The translations under genes and the position numbers were made by a program. Under the pieces are notes generated by a model. The model was not told the DNA's origin, searched no databases, and was given only the letters and a program-made list of their open reading frames with translations. From Candidatus Krumholzibacteriia bacterium (lineage in GTDB: Bacteria; Krumholzibacteriota; Krumholzibacteriia; LZORAL124-64-63), in assembly GCA_036351155.1 (NCBI GenBank), contig JAZBOO010000284.1, forward strand, positions 1 through 55,834: a stretch of 55,834 nucleotides of DNA, given 5' to 3'. Numbering within the stretch: position 1 is the stretch's first letter; each line of letters opens with the position of its first letter. Positions 40,365-49,978 of this stretch are shown here, piece by piece.

Positions 40365-41062
40365 GCCACCTCTCCTCTGCCAATCACGCCCTGAAAGGCG
40401 GTGGTTCCGCCACAATGCCTGCCGAAAATTTCGCTGAAGAGCTCCAGATTTCCCTGCATCTGCCCGGATGGGTAGCCCGCCGTGGCCATGATGACCGCCA
40501 GAATGCCGCGCGTTCTGGTGCTGACGCTGGTGCGGGCCGAGTCGCTGGTAGGCGAGCCGAAAGGCCCCTCCCGATCGAACAACCCCAGCCGCCCCTCGAG
40601 GTGGACCGGTCCCTTGCGGATCCCCGGATACTCCTCGCCGGCTGCGCCGGTCCGCAGCTGGACATCGCCCTGAACCAGGGCCAGATCATACATCCCGATG
40701 GGTAGCAACATGCTCAGGGAAGAAAGGTTGCAGCTGTCGACGGCATTGTTGATCCGGTACAGATCCTGCCCCTTGAGCACGCGGCGCAGCAAGGCTTCGC
40801 TGCTGGGCCGGTGACGCGAGGGATCCATCCCGAAGCTCTTGTACAGCTGGCGCGCTTCGGTCAGGCCGGCGATTTCCGAAGGCAACTTGCCCTCATGCTT
40901 TTCCCTCAGGCTGGGAGCCAGGGCCACGCTGTCCTCGGCTGCGCCGGTGTTTTCATTGACCTCCACCGGGTCGATGACGATCACCCCGCAGAGCAGGCGA
41001 TCGGCCGCCTCGTCGGCAATGGAAACGGTGCGGCCATCGGGAAGGGAACAGGCCAGGCCCAT
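40361..41062 (-). CDS. Stand-alone B3/B4 (PheRS-beta editing-like) domain protein
   Basis: DPSRHRPSSEALLRR, INNAVDSCN, LPIGMYD and GPFGSPTSDS. Confidence 0.85.
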   Translation of the reverse strand: MGLACSLPDGRTVSIADEAADRLLCGVIVIDPVEVNENTGAAEDSVALAPSLREKHEGKLPSEIAGLTEARQLYKSFGMDPSRHRPSSEALLRRVLKGQDLYRINNAVDSCNLSSLSMLLPIGMYDLALVQGDVQLRTGAAGEEYPGIRKGPVHLEGRLGLFDREGPFGSPTSDSARTSVSTRTRGILAVIMATAGYPSGQMQGNLELFSEIFGRHCGGTTAFQGVIGRGEVA

Positions 41063-41073
41063 GGGTCGTCCTT

Positions 41074-42102
41074 TCAATCGGCGGTGTCGTGGCGGCCGCC
41101 GGTGCCGTACATCTGGGCGTAATAGTCACGGTAAGCCCCGCTGCGGATGGTCTCCCACCAGGTGCGGTTTTCCAGATACCAGTCGATGGTTTCCTTCAGC
41201 CCCTGACTGAAATCTCGACTGGGTGCCCAGCCCAGTTCGTTCATGATCTTGGCGGCATCGATGGCATAACGGCGGTCGTGCCCCGGACGATCCTTGACGA
41301 AGGTGATCAGGTCCCGGCTCTTGCCCAGCTTGTCCACCAGTATCTCCACCAGGTCCAGATTCTTCATCTCGTTGCAACCGCCGATGTTGTAAACCTCGCC
41401 CGGCGTGCCCTTGCGCAGCACCAGGTCCACGGCGCGGCAGTGGTCCCCCACGTACAGCCAGTCGCGCACATTCTGGCCATCGCCATAAACAGGCAGGGGC
41501 TTGTCCTCCAGGGTGTTGGCGATCATCAGGGGAATCAGCTTCTCGGGAAACTGGTAGGGACCGTAGTTGTTGCTGCAGCGGGTGATGAGCACGGGAAAAT
41601 CGAAGGTGTGGAAGAAGGCGCGGCACAGCAGATCACTGCTGGCCTTGCTGGCCGCGTAGGGCGAGTTGGGGGCCAGCGGCGTGGTCTCGGTGAACATGCC
41701 CTTGTCCCCCAGGCTGCCGTAGACCTCATCGGTGGAGACCATGACGAAGCGGTCCACTCCATGGCGGCGCGATTCTTCCAGCAATATTTCCGTGCCCAGG
41801 ACATTGGTGCGCACGAAGATTTCCGGTCCCTCCACCGATCGGTCCACGTGACTCTCGGCGGCGAAATGCACCACGGCCTGGATGTCGTGCTTCTTCAGAA
41901 CCTCGGCCACGGACTGGCGGTCGGTCACATCGCCGCGGACGAAGGTGTACCGGGAGTGTTCGCGCACGTCGGCCAGGTTGGCCAGATTGCCCGCATAGGT
42001 GAGCAGGTCGAAGTTGACCACACGGTCGTCCGATTCCTCGAGCAGCAGCCGGACATGGTTGGAACCGATGAATCCGGCACCGCCGGTGACGAGGATGTTC
42101 AT
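41074..42102 (-). CDS. rfbB: dTDP-glucose 4,6-dehydratase
   Basis: TGGAGFIGS, AAESHVDRS, STDEVYG, YAASK and RPGHDRRY. Confidence 0.95.
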   Translation of the reverse strand: MNILVTGGAGFIGSNHVRLLLEESDDRVVNFDLLTYAGNLANLADVREHSRYTFVRGDVTDRQSVAEVLKKHDIQAVVHFAAESHVDRSVEGPEIFVRTNVLGTEILLEESRRHGVDRFVMVSTDEVYGSLGDKGMFTETTPLAPNSPYAASKASSDLLCRAFFHTFDFPVLITRCSNNYGPYQFPEKLIPLMIANTLEDKPLPVYGDGQNVRDWLYVGDHCRAVDLVLRKGTPGEVYNIGGCNEMKNLDLVEILVDKLGKSRDLITFVKDRPGHDRRYAIDAAKIMNELGWAPSRDFSQGLKETIDWYLENRTWWETIRSGAYRDYYAQMYGTGGRHDTAD

Positions 42103-42154
42103 GCTCAATGCCTTCCGGTGTTGTGGTCTGGGCCGAGGCCTCTCTTGCGCTGCC

Positions 42155-42183
42155 ATTCTAACCCCGAGACAGGACGGGGTCAC
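42155..42183 (-). promoter_or_regulatory. Candidate sigma70 promoter of the rfbB-B3/4-ggt-M28 operon
   Basis: GTGACC-N17-TAGAAT on the minus strand; a divergent TGgTAGAAT extended -10 for tdk lies at 42230-42238. Confidence 0.5.
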
Positions 42184-42280
42184 GTTCAATGGGCACCGCA
42201 CCAGAAATTCCAGGTTGTGGCCTTGGATATGGTAGAATAAGTTACTCTCTTGTGCTCATTACACCAGAAGCGGAGACCGG

Positions 42281-42889
42281 ATGCAGATCATCAACGGCAA
42301 ATCGGGCTGGCTGGAAGTCATTTGCGGCCCCATGTTCAGCGGCAAAAGCGAAGAACTGATCAAGCGCCTGCGCCGGGCCCAGATCGCCCGTCGCCGGGTT
42401 CAGATATTCAAGCACGGGATCGACGCCCGATACGATGCCACCAGCATCGTCTCCCACAGCCAGCAAAGCCTGCCGGGGGTGGCCGTGACCGATGTGATGG
42501 ACATCCTCGATCTGGTGGACGACCGGACCGAGCTGGTGGCCATCGATGAGGGCCAGTTCTTCACCCAGGACATCATCGAGGTGACCAACAAGCTGGCCAA
42601 CCAGGGCAAGCGCGTGATCGTGGCGGGCCTGGACCTGGACTACATGGGCCAGCCCTTCGGCCCCATGCCCCAGCTGATGTGCTGTGCGGAATACGTGACC
42701 AAGCAGCTGGCCATCTGCATGACCTGCGGCGATCCGGCCAACTTCACCCAGCGCCTGACGGCCAGCAAGGACCAGATCGTGGTCGGTGCGCAGGAGACCT
42801 ACGAGGCGCGGTGCCGGCAGCATTTCGAGCCCCCGGTTCGCGAAACAAGGCCCGCCCCCGAGACGGAAGCGGACCAGGCCAAAGGTTGA
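42281..42889 (+). CDS. tdk: Thymidine kinase
   Basis: [19 protein letters not shown] and YEARCR. Confidence 0.96.
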   Translation: MQIINGKSGWLEVICGPMFSGKSEELIKRLRRAQIARRRVQIFKHGIDARYDATSIVSHSQQSLPGVAVTDVMDILDLVDDRTELVAIDEGQFFTQDIIEVTNKLANQGKRVIVAGLDLDYMGQPFGPMPQLMCCAEYVTKQLAICMTCGDPANFTQRLTASKDQIVVGAQETYEARCRQHFEPPVRETRPAPETEADQAKG

Positions 42890-42902
42890 TCTTGCCGGTT
42901 GG

Positions 42903-44819
42903 TCAGTTGAAGAAGTGGGGATCGATCTGCAGCTGGGCCGCCTCGGCCTTCATGTCCTGGAGCTGGCTCCGGCTCACCCCCAGATAGCGACAGGCCGCGC
43001 TCAGGGGCTGCTCCTCCTGGTCCTCGGCACTGTCCTGCTCCTGGGCGCTTTCAAAGGACGTGACGTCCTCATCCTGCACCCCGGAAGTTGAGGCCACTTC
43101 CTCCCCCAGGGCAATCATGGCCGCCACCCGTGGGTCCAGGGCCTCGGCCTCCTCGAAGCGGTGGTGCCAGCGAACCGCATCTTCCAGATCCCGGCTCAGA
43201 TTCCATTCCTTGATCAGCAGGGCGCCCAGCTCACCATGGTCGAAGCCCAGCAGCTGACGCTCGATTTCATGGTAGGGTCGGCCGGCCAGTTCCGATTCGG
43301 TCAGGATCTGCTGAAACAGCTCCGGGTGGCTGCGGGCCAGAACGAGCTGGCCGATGTTCTGCATCAACCCGCCAATGAAAATCCCCTCGGGTTCACCGAT
43401 GCGCAGATGCTGGGCCACCAGCTGGCCGGCCATGGCCGACATCACCGACTGGCGCCAGATCTTCTTGTACAGCGAACCGGCCCCCGGAGCCAGGAACACC
43501 GACTTGGTGGCCGTGACCACCGTCCAGTTGCGGATCGTCACGAAGCCCAGGCGCACGATGGCCTCGCTGACCGTCCGGATTTCCCGCACCGCGCCGTAAA
43601 AGGGGCTGTTGGCAATGCGCAGGACCTTGGCCGTCAATGTCTGATCCATGGCCAGGGCCTTCTCCAGGCGGGTGGCCGTGGTCTTGGGATCCTCGATGAC
43701 CGCCATGATATGGCAGGCAGCCTTGGGCAGCGCGGGCAATTCCCCGCTGTGGTGCAGCACGGCCTCAGGGGTCAGATGATTCCGGTCCAGATCGGGCTCG
43801 GGGTCGGGCAAGGCGTCCGAGGTCTTTCCGGCCGCTGGTGCAGGCCGAGGAGCCAGTGGGATGGGCTCGATTCTGGGTTGAGGCGCCGCGGCTTCCGCCG
43901 TCGGTTCGCTGACCACGAAGGGATCGATCTCGTTTTCCGGCAGGGCCTGAGGCACCATGGGACGTTCAGCAGGCCGATCAGTCGTCAATTCAGCCGGCCG
44001 CCGATTCACGAAGGTCAGTTCTCCCCCGTCCGCGGCAGGTGATACCGCCGGTGCCTGGGATTCCGTTTGCCGGGCTCGCTGTTCGGTGACCAGGCGACGA
44101 CGGGCCTGTTCCGATTGCAGAATGGACCGCACTCTTCCGGTCCCCATGCGCACGCCCTTGTTCAGCAGGCACATGCGGGACAGCGCGTAGTGTGCCAGCA
44201 CCTCGGCCACGGCCAGGATGGGCTCGTTCTCCGCATCGCTGTCCAGATACAGGAACGTGTTCCAGTGATTCTGCGAGGGCAGGGGCAGGATGATGATCTG
44301 CCGCTCCTTGCTGCCCCGCCCCAGCATCAAGGTCAGATCCAGTGGGAAATGCTTGACCGGAACCGGACCGGAATACACGGCAGCATCCTCGCCCACCGCC
44401 GAGAAGATATCGCTCTTGCTGCAGGGGATGGGAGCCCGGCCGTCCTTGCGCTTGCGCTTGGCTTCGCTGGGCATCTTGATGTTGCGTTCCATGAAGACCT
44501 GCAGCCCGGTGGTCCACTTTTTCAGCAGAATCAACCGCAAACCCGTTTGCTCGGCCAGGCGGTCGAAGAAAGCAGGAAAATCCTTGAGCTTGGTCAGCAG
44601 GGCAAGCTCGTCGATACCCTGGCGCAAAAGAGTCAGCTGGTCGGGACCGATATTTCCCCTGCTGGCGGGGACAGGAGCCGGGGCCAGGACCGGCCCGGAA
44701 TTCTGAGGCGCAGCAGAAACACCCTGGCCCTGGGGCTGGACCGAAAGTTCCTGCACCCGGGATTGCAGCGATTGCAAGGTCTGCATGATATCCTGGATTT
44801 CTTCCGTTTTCTGCGCCAC
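42903..44819 (-). CDS. HDOD domain protein with uncharacterised N-terminal domain and Pro/Ala-rich linker
   Basis: ELPALP, DQTLTAKVLRIANSPFYG, AIVRLG, GFDHGELGA and AVRWHH; start uncertain. Confidence 0.85.
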   Translation of the reverse strand: MAQKTEEIQDIMQTLQSLQSRVQELSVQPQGQGVSAAPQNSGPVLAPAPVPASRGNIGPDQLTLLRQGIDELALLTKLKDFPAFFDRLAEQTGLRLILLKKWTTGLQVFMERNIKMPSEAKRKRKDGRAPIPCSKSDIFSAVGEDAAVYSGPVPVKHFPLDLTLMLGRGSKERQIIILPLPSQNHWNTFLYLDSDAENEPILAVAEVLAHYALSRMCLLNKGVRMGTGRVRSILQSEQARRRLVTEQRARQTESQAPAVSPAADGGELTFVNRRPAELTTDRPAERPMVPQALPENEIDPFVVSEPTAEAAAPQPRIEPIPLAPRPAPAAGKTSDALPDPEPDLDRNHLTPEAVLHHSGELPALPKAACHIMAVIEDPKTTATRLEKALAMDQTLTAKVLRIANSPFYGAVREIRTVSEAIVRLGFVTIRNWTVVTATKSVFLAPGAGSLYKKIWRQSVMSAMAGQLVAQHLRIGEPEGIFIGGLMQNIGQLVLARSHPELFQQILTESELAGRPYHEIERQLLGFDHGELGALLIKEWNLSRDLEDAVRWHHRFEEAEALDPRVAAMIALGEEVASTSGVQDEDVTSFESAQEQDSAEDQEEQPLSAACRYLGVSRSQLQDMKAEAAQLQIDPHFFN

Positions 44820-44901
44820 TAATTCGCCTCGCCTTTTGGTCGAACCAGCCACCCCTCCCTGCCGGAAGGCGTGCATTCTGCCCTTTGCGGTCTTTCCTAT
44901 T

Positions 44902-44928
44902 GCTTCGGCCAAAAATGCGCGGGTTTAA
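44902..44928 (-). promoter_or_regulatory. Possible sigma28 (FliA)-type promoter of the HDOD gene
   Basis: TTAA-N15-GCCGAAGC versus consensus TAAA-N15-GCCGATAA. Confidence 0.3.
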
Positions 44929-45117
44929 CGCAATATTTGCCGTGACGTCCGATCCCGGCCAGAAAGGTCTTCCCAGGGCATCTGGGAGTCCCTTGTTCTC
45001 AGGCTCTGACCTTTCAGGTACGCAAAAAACGCTCCGTTTTCGAATTTCCGTGGCCATTTGGGGCGCTTCACGATTAAATTTCAGGACAGAATACCCCAGA
45101 CCAAGGACCGGACTATC

Positions 45118-45498
45118 ATGAGCGCAGGTCAATCCTCCGGCCCCTGCCGGATCACCAAATCGTTCACTTTCGATTCTGCCCACTGGTTGCCCCGGGTGCC
45201 GGAGGACCACAAATGCCGCCGCCTGCACGGGCACACCTACACCGTGGTGCTGGGTCTGGAAGGGGAGCTGGATCCGGTCATGGGGTGGGTGCAGGATTTC
45301 GGGGAGGTCAGCCAGGCCTTCCGGCCGCTGTATCAGGCCATGGACCACCACTGTCTGAATGAGATCGAAGGGCTGGAAAACCCCACCGCCGAGGTGATGG
45401 CCGCCTGGATCTATGCGCAACTCAAGCCCAGCTTGCCCTTGCTGGCCGATGTGACCGTGAAGGAGACCCCGACGGCCGCCGCCATGTACCGCCCCTGA
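45118..45498 (+). CDS. queD: 6-carboxytetrahydropterin synthase QueD
   Basis: FTFDSAHWL, HKCRRLHGH, DHHCLN and LENPTAE. Confidence 0.93.
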   Translation: MSAGQSSGPCRITKSFTFDSAHWLPRVPEDHKCRRLHGHTYTVVLGLEGELDPVMGWVQDFGEVSQAFRPLYQAMDHHCLNEIEGLENPTAEVMAAWIYAQLKPSLPLLADVTVKETPTAAAMYRP

Positions 45499-45503
45499 CC
45501 CGG

Positions 45504-48149
45504 TCAGGACTCCTGCCGGGGATTGACCGGCAGAACCGCAGCTTCGGGTAACCAGCCCAGGGACTCTCCCCCCAGACTGATCCGTACCCAGCCTTGTTGA
45601 CGGCCCTCCACCAGGACGGTCAAGCCGTCGTGCACCTTGAACAGCACGGGAAAAGAGTTGTCCGGGCCCGACAGGACGGACACCTCGGGAGCCACCACCA
45701 CGGCCTGCCGCGCGATTTCCTGCCCGTGCCAGCGCCAGGCGAAGACCACCACGGTGATGGCCAGGACCGCGCCGGCCACCAGAGCCGTTCGGCGCAGGGA
45801 GTCGGAGAATCGCCCCTGGTACCAGCCCCAGGCCACCAGGCCCACCACCAGCCAAACCAGAAGCAGAACCAGCAGGGACCACTCGGCCACGGTCAGGTAA
45901 CGGGCCAGCCAGACGAACTGCGCGACGAACAGAGGCAGAGGCGCGTCGGATAGCTCCAGGTCGGTGATGTGACCGCGCACCCAGTCCAGATTGGCGCTGA
46001 TGTCAGGGTCACGCGGATCCAGGCGCTGAGCACGCAGATAGTAGGTCACCGCCCGCCCAAGCTCACCGCGCCGAGCAAAGGTGTTGCCCAGGTTGAAATA
46101 CAGGGTGGGATCCTGAACGCCCATCTCTTCCACCTGGGTATAGAGCTGCAGGGTCAGGTCCAGATCGCCGGCGGTGTAGGCCTGGTTGGCTTCGGCCATC
46201 AGACGGGCCGGATCCACCTCCGCCTGGGCGGCCAAGGGCAGGCAAGCCCCCACCAGGAGTACAACGGCCAGGGCCGCTCCCGCTCCACCGGACACCCCAC
46301 CGGGATGCTTGGCTCGGGCCAGATTTTCCAGCAGTTCCCGGGTTTCCCTGGCCAGAGCACGGGGATCCAGGGAACCGGTGCCCTGAGGATTGCCCAGGCC
46401 CCCGAAGCGGGCCGACTCACTGAGATCCATGATTTCTCGCAGCCGCTGCGCTGATTCCGGCTGTCCCTGGGCGCGGACATAGGCCTCGACCTCTGCAGGC
46501 CCCACCGCGGCCAGGGGCTGATTGCGGCAATCGGCCACAAATCCGGCCACCGCCCGGGTCAACAGGGCCAGGGCACCGGCATCATCGGATGCGGAGGAGA
46601 TCTGTTCCAGCAACTGGATCGCGGCGGTCAGAGCCCCTCGGCGACGACGTGCCGCCGGATCCCTGTTCAGTGCCGACAGGCGTTGCAAATACAGCCACCA
46701 GCCGCCCAGAAGCAGCAAGGGCAGGATCAGCCCGGTCCACCACAGAGGCGACGTCAGGGGCGACCAGCTGCCGCTCCCCAGATGGGATGGGACGTTGTGG
46801 ATGAAGGCCAGATCTTGAGCCAGACGGGCCACCTCGTTGCGAAGGAACCCCGAGTCTTCATCGGGCAAGTAGGGAAGATCGCTGGGGATCACCGAGACCT
46901 GTCGTGGGCTGGTCCGGGCGATGCGATAGCGCCCGGCGGCTGCATCGAACCAGGACAGCTCCACCGCGGGAATACGCAGAACCCCTTCCTCGGAGGGGAC
47001 GATCACCTTTTCTCTGGTGACCGAGCCCATCAAGCGGCCCTCTTCCGCACGGGTCACGAATCCCTCGCCCGCGTCGTGGGAACGTGCCCCCTCGGGCTCG
47101 GGAAGCTCGATGCCCGCAAACCCCTTCAGAAAACCATCGGAAACCAGCTGGGTGGTCCAGCTGACGGGTTCACCCCGGGGCACCTCCGGCCGATCGACCA
47201 CGCTTTTCAGCTCGGCCTGAGTGGCCACCAGGCCGGAAAAGTTATCCGGCTGCCCTGAGGGCAGAGCTTTCACGGTGACGGTGACCGGATCGGTGCGCAA
47301 AACCCGGGGCCCGCTCCGTCGTCGGGAGGAGAAGAACCGTTCCAGCCCCTGATCGGGGAAAGCCAGCTCGGCCGGCTCGATGGTCAGCTCTCCGGTGCGG
47401 GTGGGGAACAGGGCGTAGCGGATCTCGGTGACCGTGTAGGAGCGGCCCTTGACCACGGCCCGGTAGCGGCGCTCCTGCCCCAGCTCTTCGCGCCAGAAGC
47501 CCTCGGTGCGCGGCGCGGTGAACTGGGGATTGTTCCAGGGCTGAATGCGCCGGTAATACTTGAAGCTCAGCACCAGCTGCTGGCCCACCCAGACCTCGTT
47601 GCGATCGGCTTCCAGCGTGATGAAGATGTCATCGCCCGAACCGTCGAGGGACTGAGCCGGATCGCTGGGAATACTGGTGGGCGCCCGGGTCCGGTTGCCG
47701 GTTTGATCGGGAGGCGGGTTGGCCGCGTCATCGGCGGGCGGCCCCACCTTGATGCTGATGGGCTCGGTCTGGCAGGTCTTGCCATCGGAGGTCACCACGA
47801 TGGGCCCGATGACGAAGTCCTCCTCGGTGTCCACCTGCAGGTAGTAGCTTTTCGCCACGATGGTCATCGTTTGTCCATTGGCGTAGGACACGCTCTGGTT
47901 GGTGCCACCCCCGAAGAACTGGACCCCGCTGATTTCGGGCAGGGCGAAATCGGCCGACCAGGTGAGGCCCCCCTCGGCGGTCACCGTCAGGGAGAGGGTC
48001 CCCCCCTGGGGCACGGTGGTCCGGTTGACCTCGGCCCGACAGGCAATGTCCGCCGCCCGGACAGGTGAAACCCAGAAGCTCAGCGCCAGGCCCAGGGCCA
48101 GGGCTCCGGTCAGGATCTGCTCGCGCTTGCTGGAGATACCGATCACCAT
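45504..48149 (-). CDS. BatD-BatE fusion (BatD Ig-like domains + TPR + SH3-like)
   Basis: WVGQQLVL and YALFPTRTGELTIEPA; TM; then EANQAY, LYFNLGNTF, DPDISANL and C-terminal VHDG...GWV...LGWLP. Confidence 0.82.
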   Translation of the reverse strand: MVIGISSKREQILTGALALGLALSFWVSPVRAADIACRAEVNRTTVPQGGTLSLTVTAEGGLTWSADFALPEISGVQFFGGGTNQSVSYANGQTMTIVAKSYYLQVDTEEDFVIGPIVVTSDGKTCQTEPISIKVGPPADDAANPPPDQTGNRTRAPTSIPSDPAQSLDGSGDDIFITLEADRNEVWVGQQLVLSFKYYRRIQPWNNPQFTAPRTEGFWREELGQERRYRAVVKGRSYTVTEIRYALFPTRTGELTIEPAELAFPDQGLERFFSSRRRSGPRVLRTDPVTVTVKALPSGQPDNFSGLVATQAELKSVVDRPEVPRGEPVSWTTQLVSDGFLKGFAGIELPEPEGARSHDAGEGFVTRAEEGRLMGSVTREKVIVPSEEGVLRIPAVELSWFDAAAGRYRIARTSPRQVSVIPSDLPYLPDEDSGFLRNEVARLAQDLAFIHNVPSHLGSGSWSPLTSPLWWTGLILPLLLLGGWWLYLQRLSALNRDPAARRRRGALTAAIQLLEQISSASDDAGALALLTRAVAGFVADCRNQPLAAVGPAEVEAYVRAQGQPESAQRLREIMDLSESARFGGLGNPQGTGSLDPRALARETRELLENLARAKHPGGVSGGAGAALAVVLLVGACLPLAAQAEVDPARLMAEANQAYTAGDLDLTLQLYTQVEEMGVQDPTLYFNLGNTFARRGELGRAVTYYLRAQRLDPRDPDISANLDWVRGHITDLELSDAPLPLFVAQFVWLARYLTVAEWSLLVLLLVWLVVGLVAWGWYQGRFSDSLRRTALVAGAVLAITVVVFAWRWHGQEIARQAVVVAPEVSVLSGPDNSFPVLFKVHDGLTVLVEGRQQGWVRISLGGESLGWLPEAAVLPVNPRQES

Positions 48150-49957
48150 CTCTTCCCGCTTTTGGGCCGCCCGCCCTTGAGACGTTTCTGGACCGACCGT
48201 TTCAGTTCTTCCTCGTCACGATCGAGAGCCTTGAGGATTTGCTCGGCCTGCTCCCGGGTCAGTTCCTGTTCCTGAGGCTGCGGCTGCTGTTCCTGTTCCT
48301 CTTGCTGTTCCGGATTTTCCTGAGGCTGATCCTGCTGCTGTTCCTGCTGCTGCTGTTCCTGGTTTTCCTGTTCATCCTGCTTTTGCTGGTCCTGCTGATC
48401 CTGATTCTGCTCTTCTTCCTGGTTCTCTTCCTGCTCCTGCTGGTCCTGGTCCTGCTGTTGCTGCTGCTCCTGCTGTTGCTGCTCCTGCAGCCGCCGCAAA
48501 GCCACTTCCAGATTGTAGAGCGCGTCGTCGCTTTCGGGCTGCAATTTCAGAGATTCCATGAGCGGTTCCACGGCGTTCTGAACATCGCCGGCGGCCAGTC
48601 GGCTGGTCCCGCTGTTGTACAGAGCCTCGGCCTTCAGCTCATCGCTTTCGGCCAGCTGGCGGGCCCGTTCGAACTCGGCCTGCGCTTCATCATAACGTTG
48701 TAGCTGGTGCAGTGTTTCGCCGACGGCCAGGCTGATCTTGGGATCGTCGGGGGCCAGAACCAGCGCTTCCTGAAAAACCTGCAGGGCTTCCTCGTAGCGG
48801 CCCTCCAGGTAGAGCCGGCGCCCCTGTTCGGCCTCGCCGGCACCGGGAGGCCGCAGGGCCACCTGGGCCGTGGTCACCGAGGGACTCAAGGCCAGGGCCA
48901 GAAAGACCACCAGAGCCCGCGAGAGGCTACGGCGCGAGACAGGTCCAGTCTGGACTCGTGTGAACAGGACCATCTCCAGCAGGAAAAAGATCAGCGCCAG
49001 TCCGAGGGGCCAGATGTACCGGTCCTGGAACGAGGAGATGCGCCGCTCTTCGAGATCCCGACGTCCCAGGCGCTGCAACTCGCTGAACAGGCGATCGCCC
49101 GCCAGACCATCGACTCCGATGCGAAAAGTGCTCCCTCCGTTCATGCCGGCCATCTTCTCCAGCGAGGCCAGGTCCAGGCGTGACATGACCAGGTTGCCCT
49201 CATCATCCTTCATGAAACCCGCAGGACGCCCCTGGCGGTCGGTGACGGGAATCAGACCCCCGGTTTCCTCGCCCACGCCCACGGGAATCACCTTGATGCC
49301 CTCGCGTCCGCAGGCTTCGGCCTGGTCTTCCCAGGCTCCTTCCAGATCCTCACCATCGGTGACCAGCAGGATGGCCTGAAAAGTGCTGCGTTCCTTCTCC
49401 CCTCGCCCCTTGGCCAGCAGCATGCGGCTGGTTTCCAGGGCGGCGGCGATGTTGGTGCCCTGCTCGGACATCATGTCCGGGCCGGCCATGCGCAGGAAGA
49501 TCTCGGCCGTGCCGTAATCGAGCGTCAGGGGACATTGCACGAAGGCCGAACCGGCAAAAAAGACCAGACCCACCCTGCTGTTTTCCAGGCGCTTCAGGAA
49601 GCTGTTCAGCTCGCCCTTGGCGCTTTCCATGCGGTTGGGCGGCACGTCCTCGGCCAGCATGCTGTTGGAGATATCCAGGGCCACCACGATGTCCGATCCG
49701 CGCTGGGTCACCGCCACCTCGCGCGCACCCCACTGCGGCTGGGCCAGGGCGAGCATCAACCAGAACACGCCGGCGAAGGCCAGAAACCGGCGCCAGGTGC
49801 GCAGCCGGGGGCTGGCCTGTTCGCGATGACGTGCACCTTCGGGTCCCAGCAAGACGGCCAGGCGACCCGCGGCCCGGCGGTCGGCAGCCCGCAACCCGAG
49901 CCACAGAAGAGGCAGCACCGGAATCAGGTAGAGCCAGATTTCATTCACGAATCGCAT
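48143..49957 (-). CDS. BatB-BatC fusion (vWA + TPR + Gln-rich tail)
   Basis: MIDAS LDISNSM, QCPLTLDY, LVTDGED; TPR ALYNSG/DALYNLE; Q/E-rich tail ending in KRW. Confidence 0.85.
   Translation of the reverse strand: MRFVNEIWLYLIPVLPLLWLGLRAADRRAAGRLAVLLGPEGARHREQASPRLRTWRRFLAFAGVFWLMLALAQPQWGAREVAVTQRGSDIVVALDISNSMLAEDVPPNRMESAKGELNSFLKRLENSRVGLVFFAGSAFVQCPLTLDYGTAEIFLRMAGPDMMSEQGTNIAAALETSRMLLAKGRGEKERSTFQAILLVTDGEDLEGAWEDQAEACGREGIKVIPVGVGEETGGLIPVTDRQGRPAGFMKDDEGNLVMSRLDLASLEKMAGMNGGSTFRIGVDGLAGDRLFSELQRLGRRDLEERRISSFQDRYIWPLGLALIFFLLEMVLFTRVQTGPVSRRSLSRALVVFLALALSPSVTTAQVALRPPGAGEAEQGRRLYLEGRYEEALQVFQEALVLAPDDPKISLAVGETLHQLQRYDEAQAEFERARQLAESDELKAEALYNSGTSRLAAGDVQNAVEPLMESLKLQPESDDALYNLEVALRRLQEQQQQEQQQQQDQDQQEQEENQEEEQNQDQQDQQKQDEQENQEQQQQEQQQDQPQENPEQQEEQEQQPQPQEQELTREQAEQILKALDRDEEELKRSVQKRLKGGRPKSGKRW
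48281..48490. repeat. CAG-rich low-complexity tract (poly-Q/E) within batBC
   Basis: Runs of ctg/ttg on the plus strand encoding QEQQQQEQQQQQDQDQQ... Confidence 0.85.
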
Positions 49958-49978
49958 GTCCTGCCTCCTTTCTCCATC

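Noticed and set aside
45016-45117. preQ1 riboswitch upstream of queD
   Set aside because: No recognisable preQ1 stem-loop with A-rich tail seen.
48281-48490. CAG-rich tract as a CRISPR or mobile repeat
   Set aside because: In-frame Gln/Glu low-complexity linker typical of BatC; no repeat-spacer structure.
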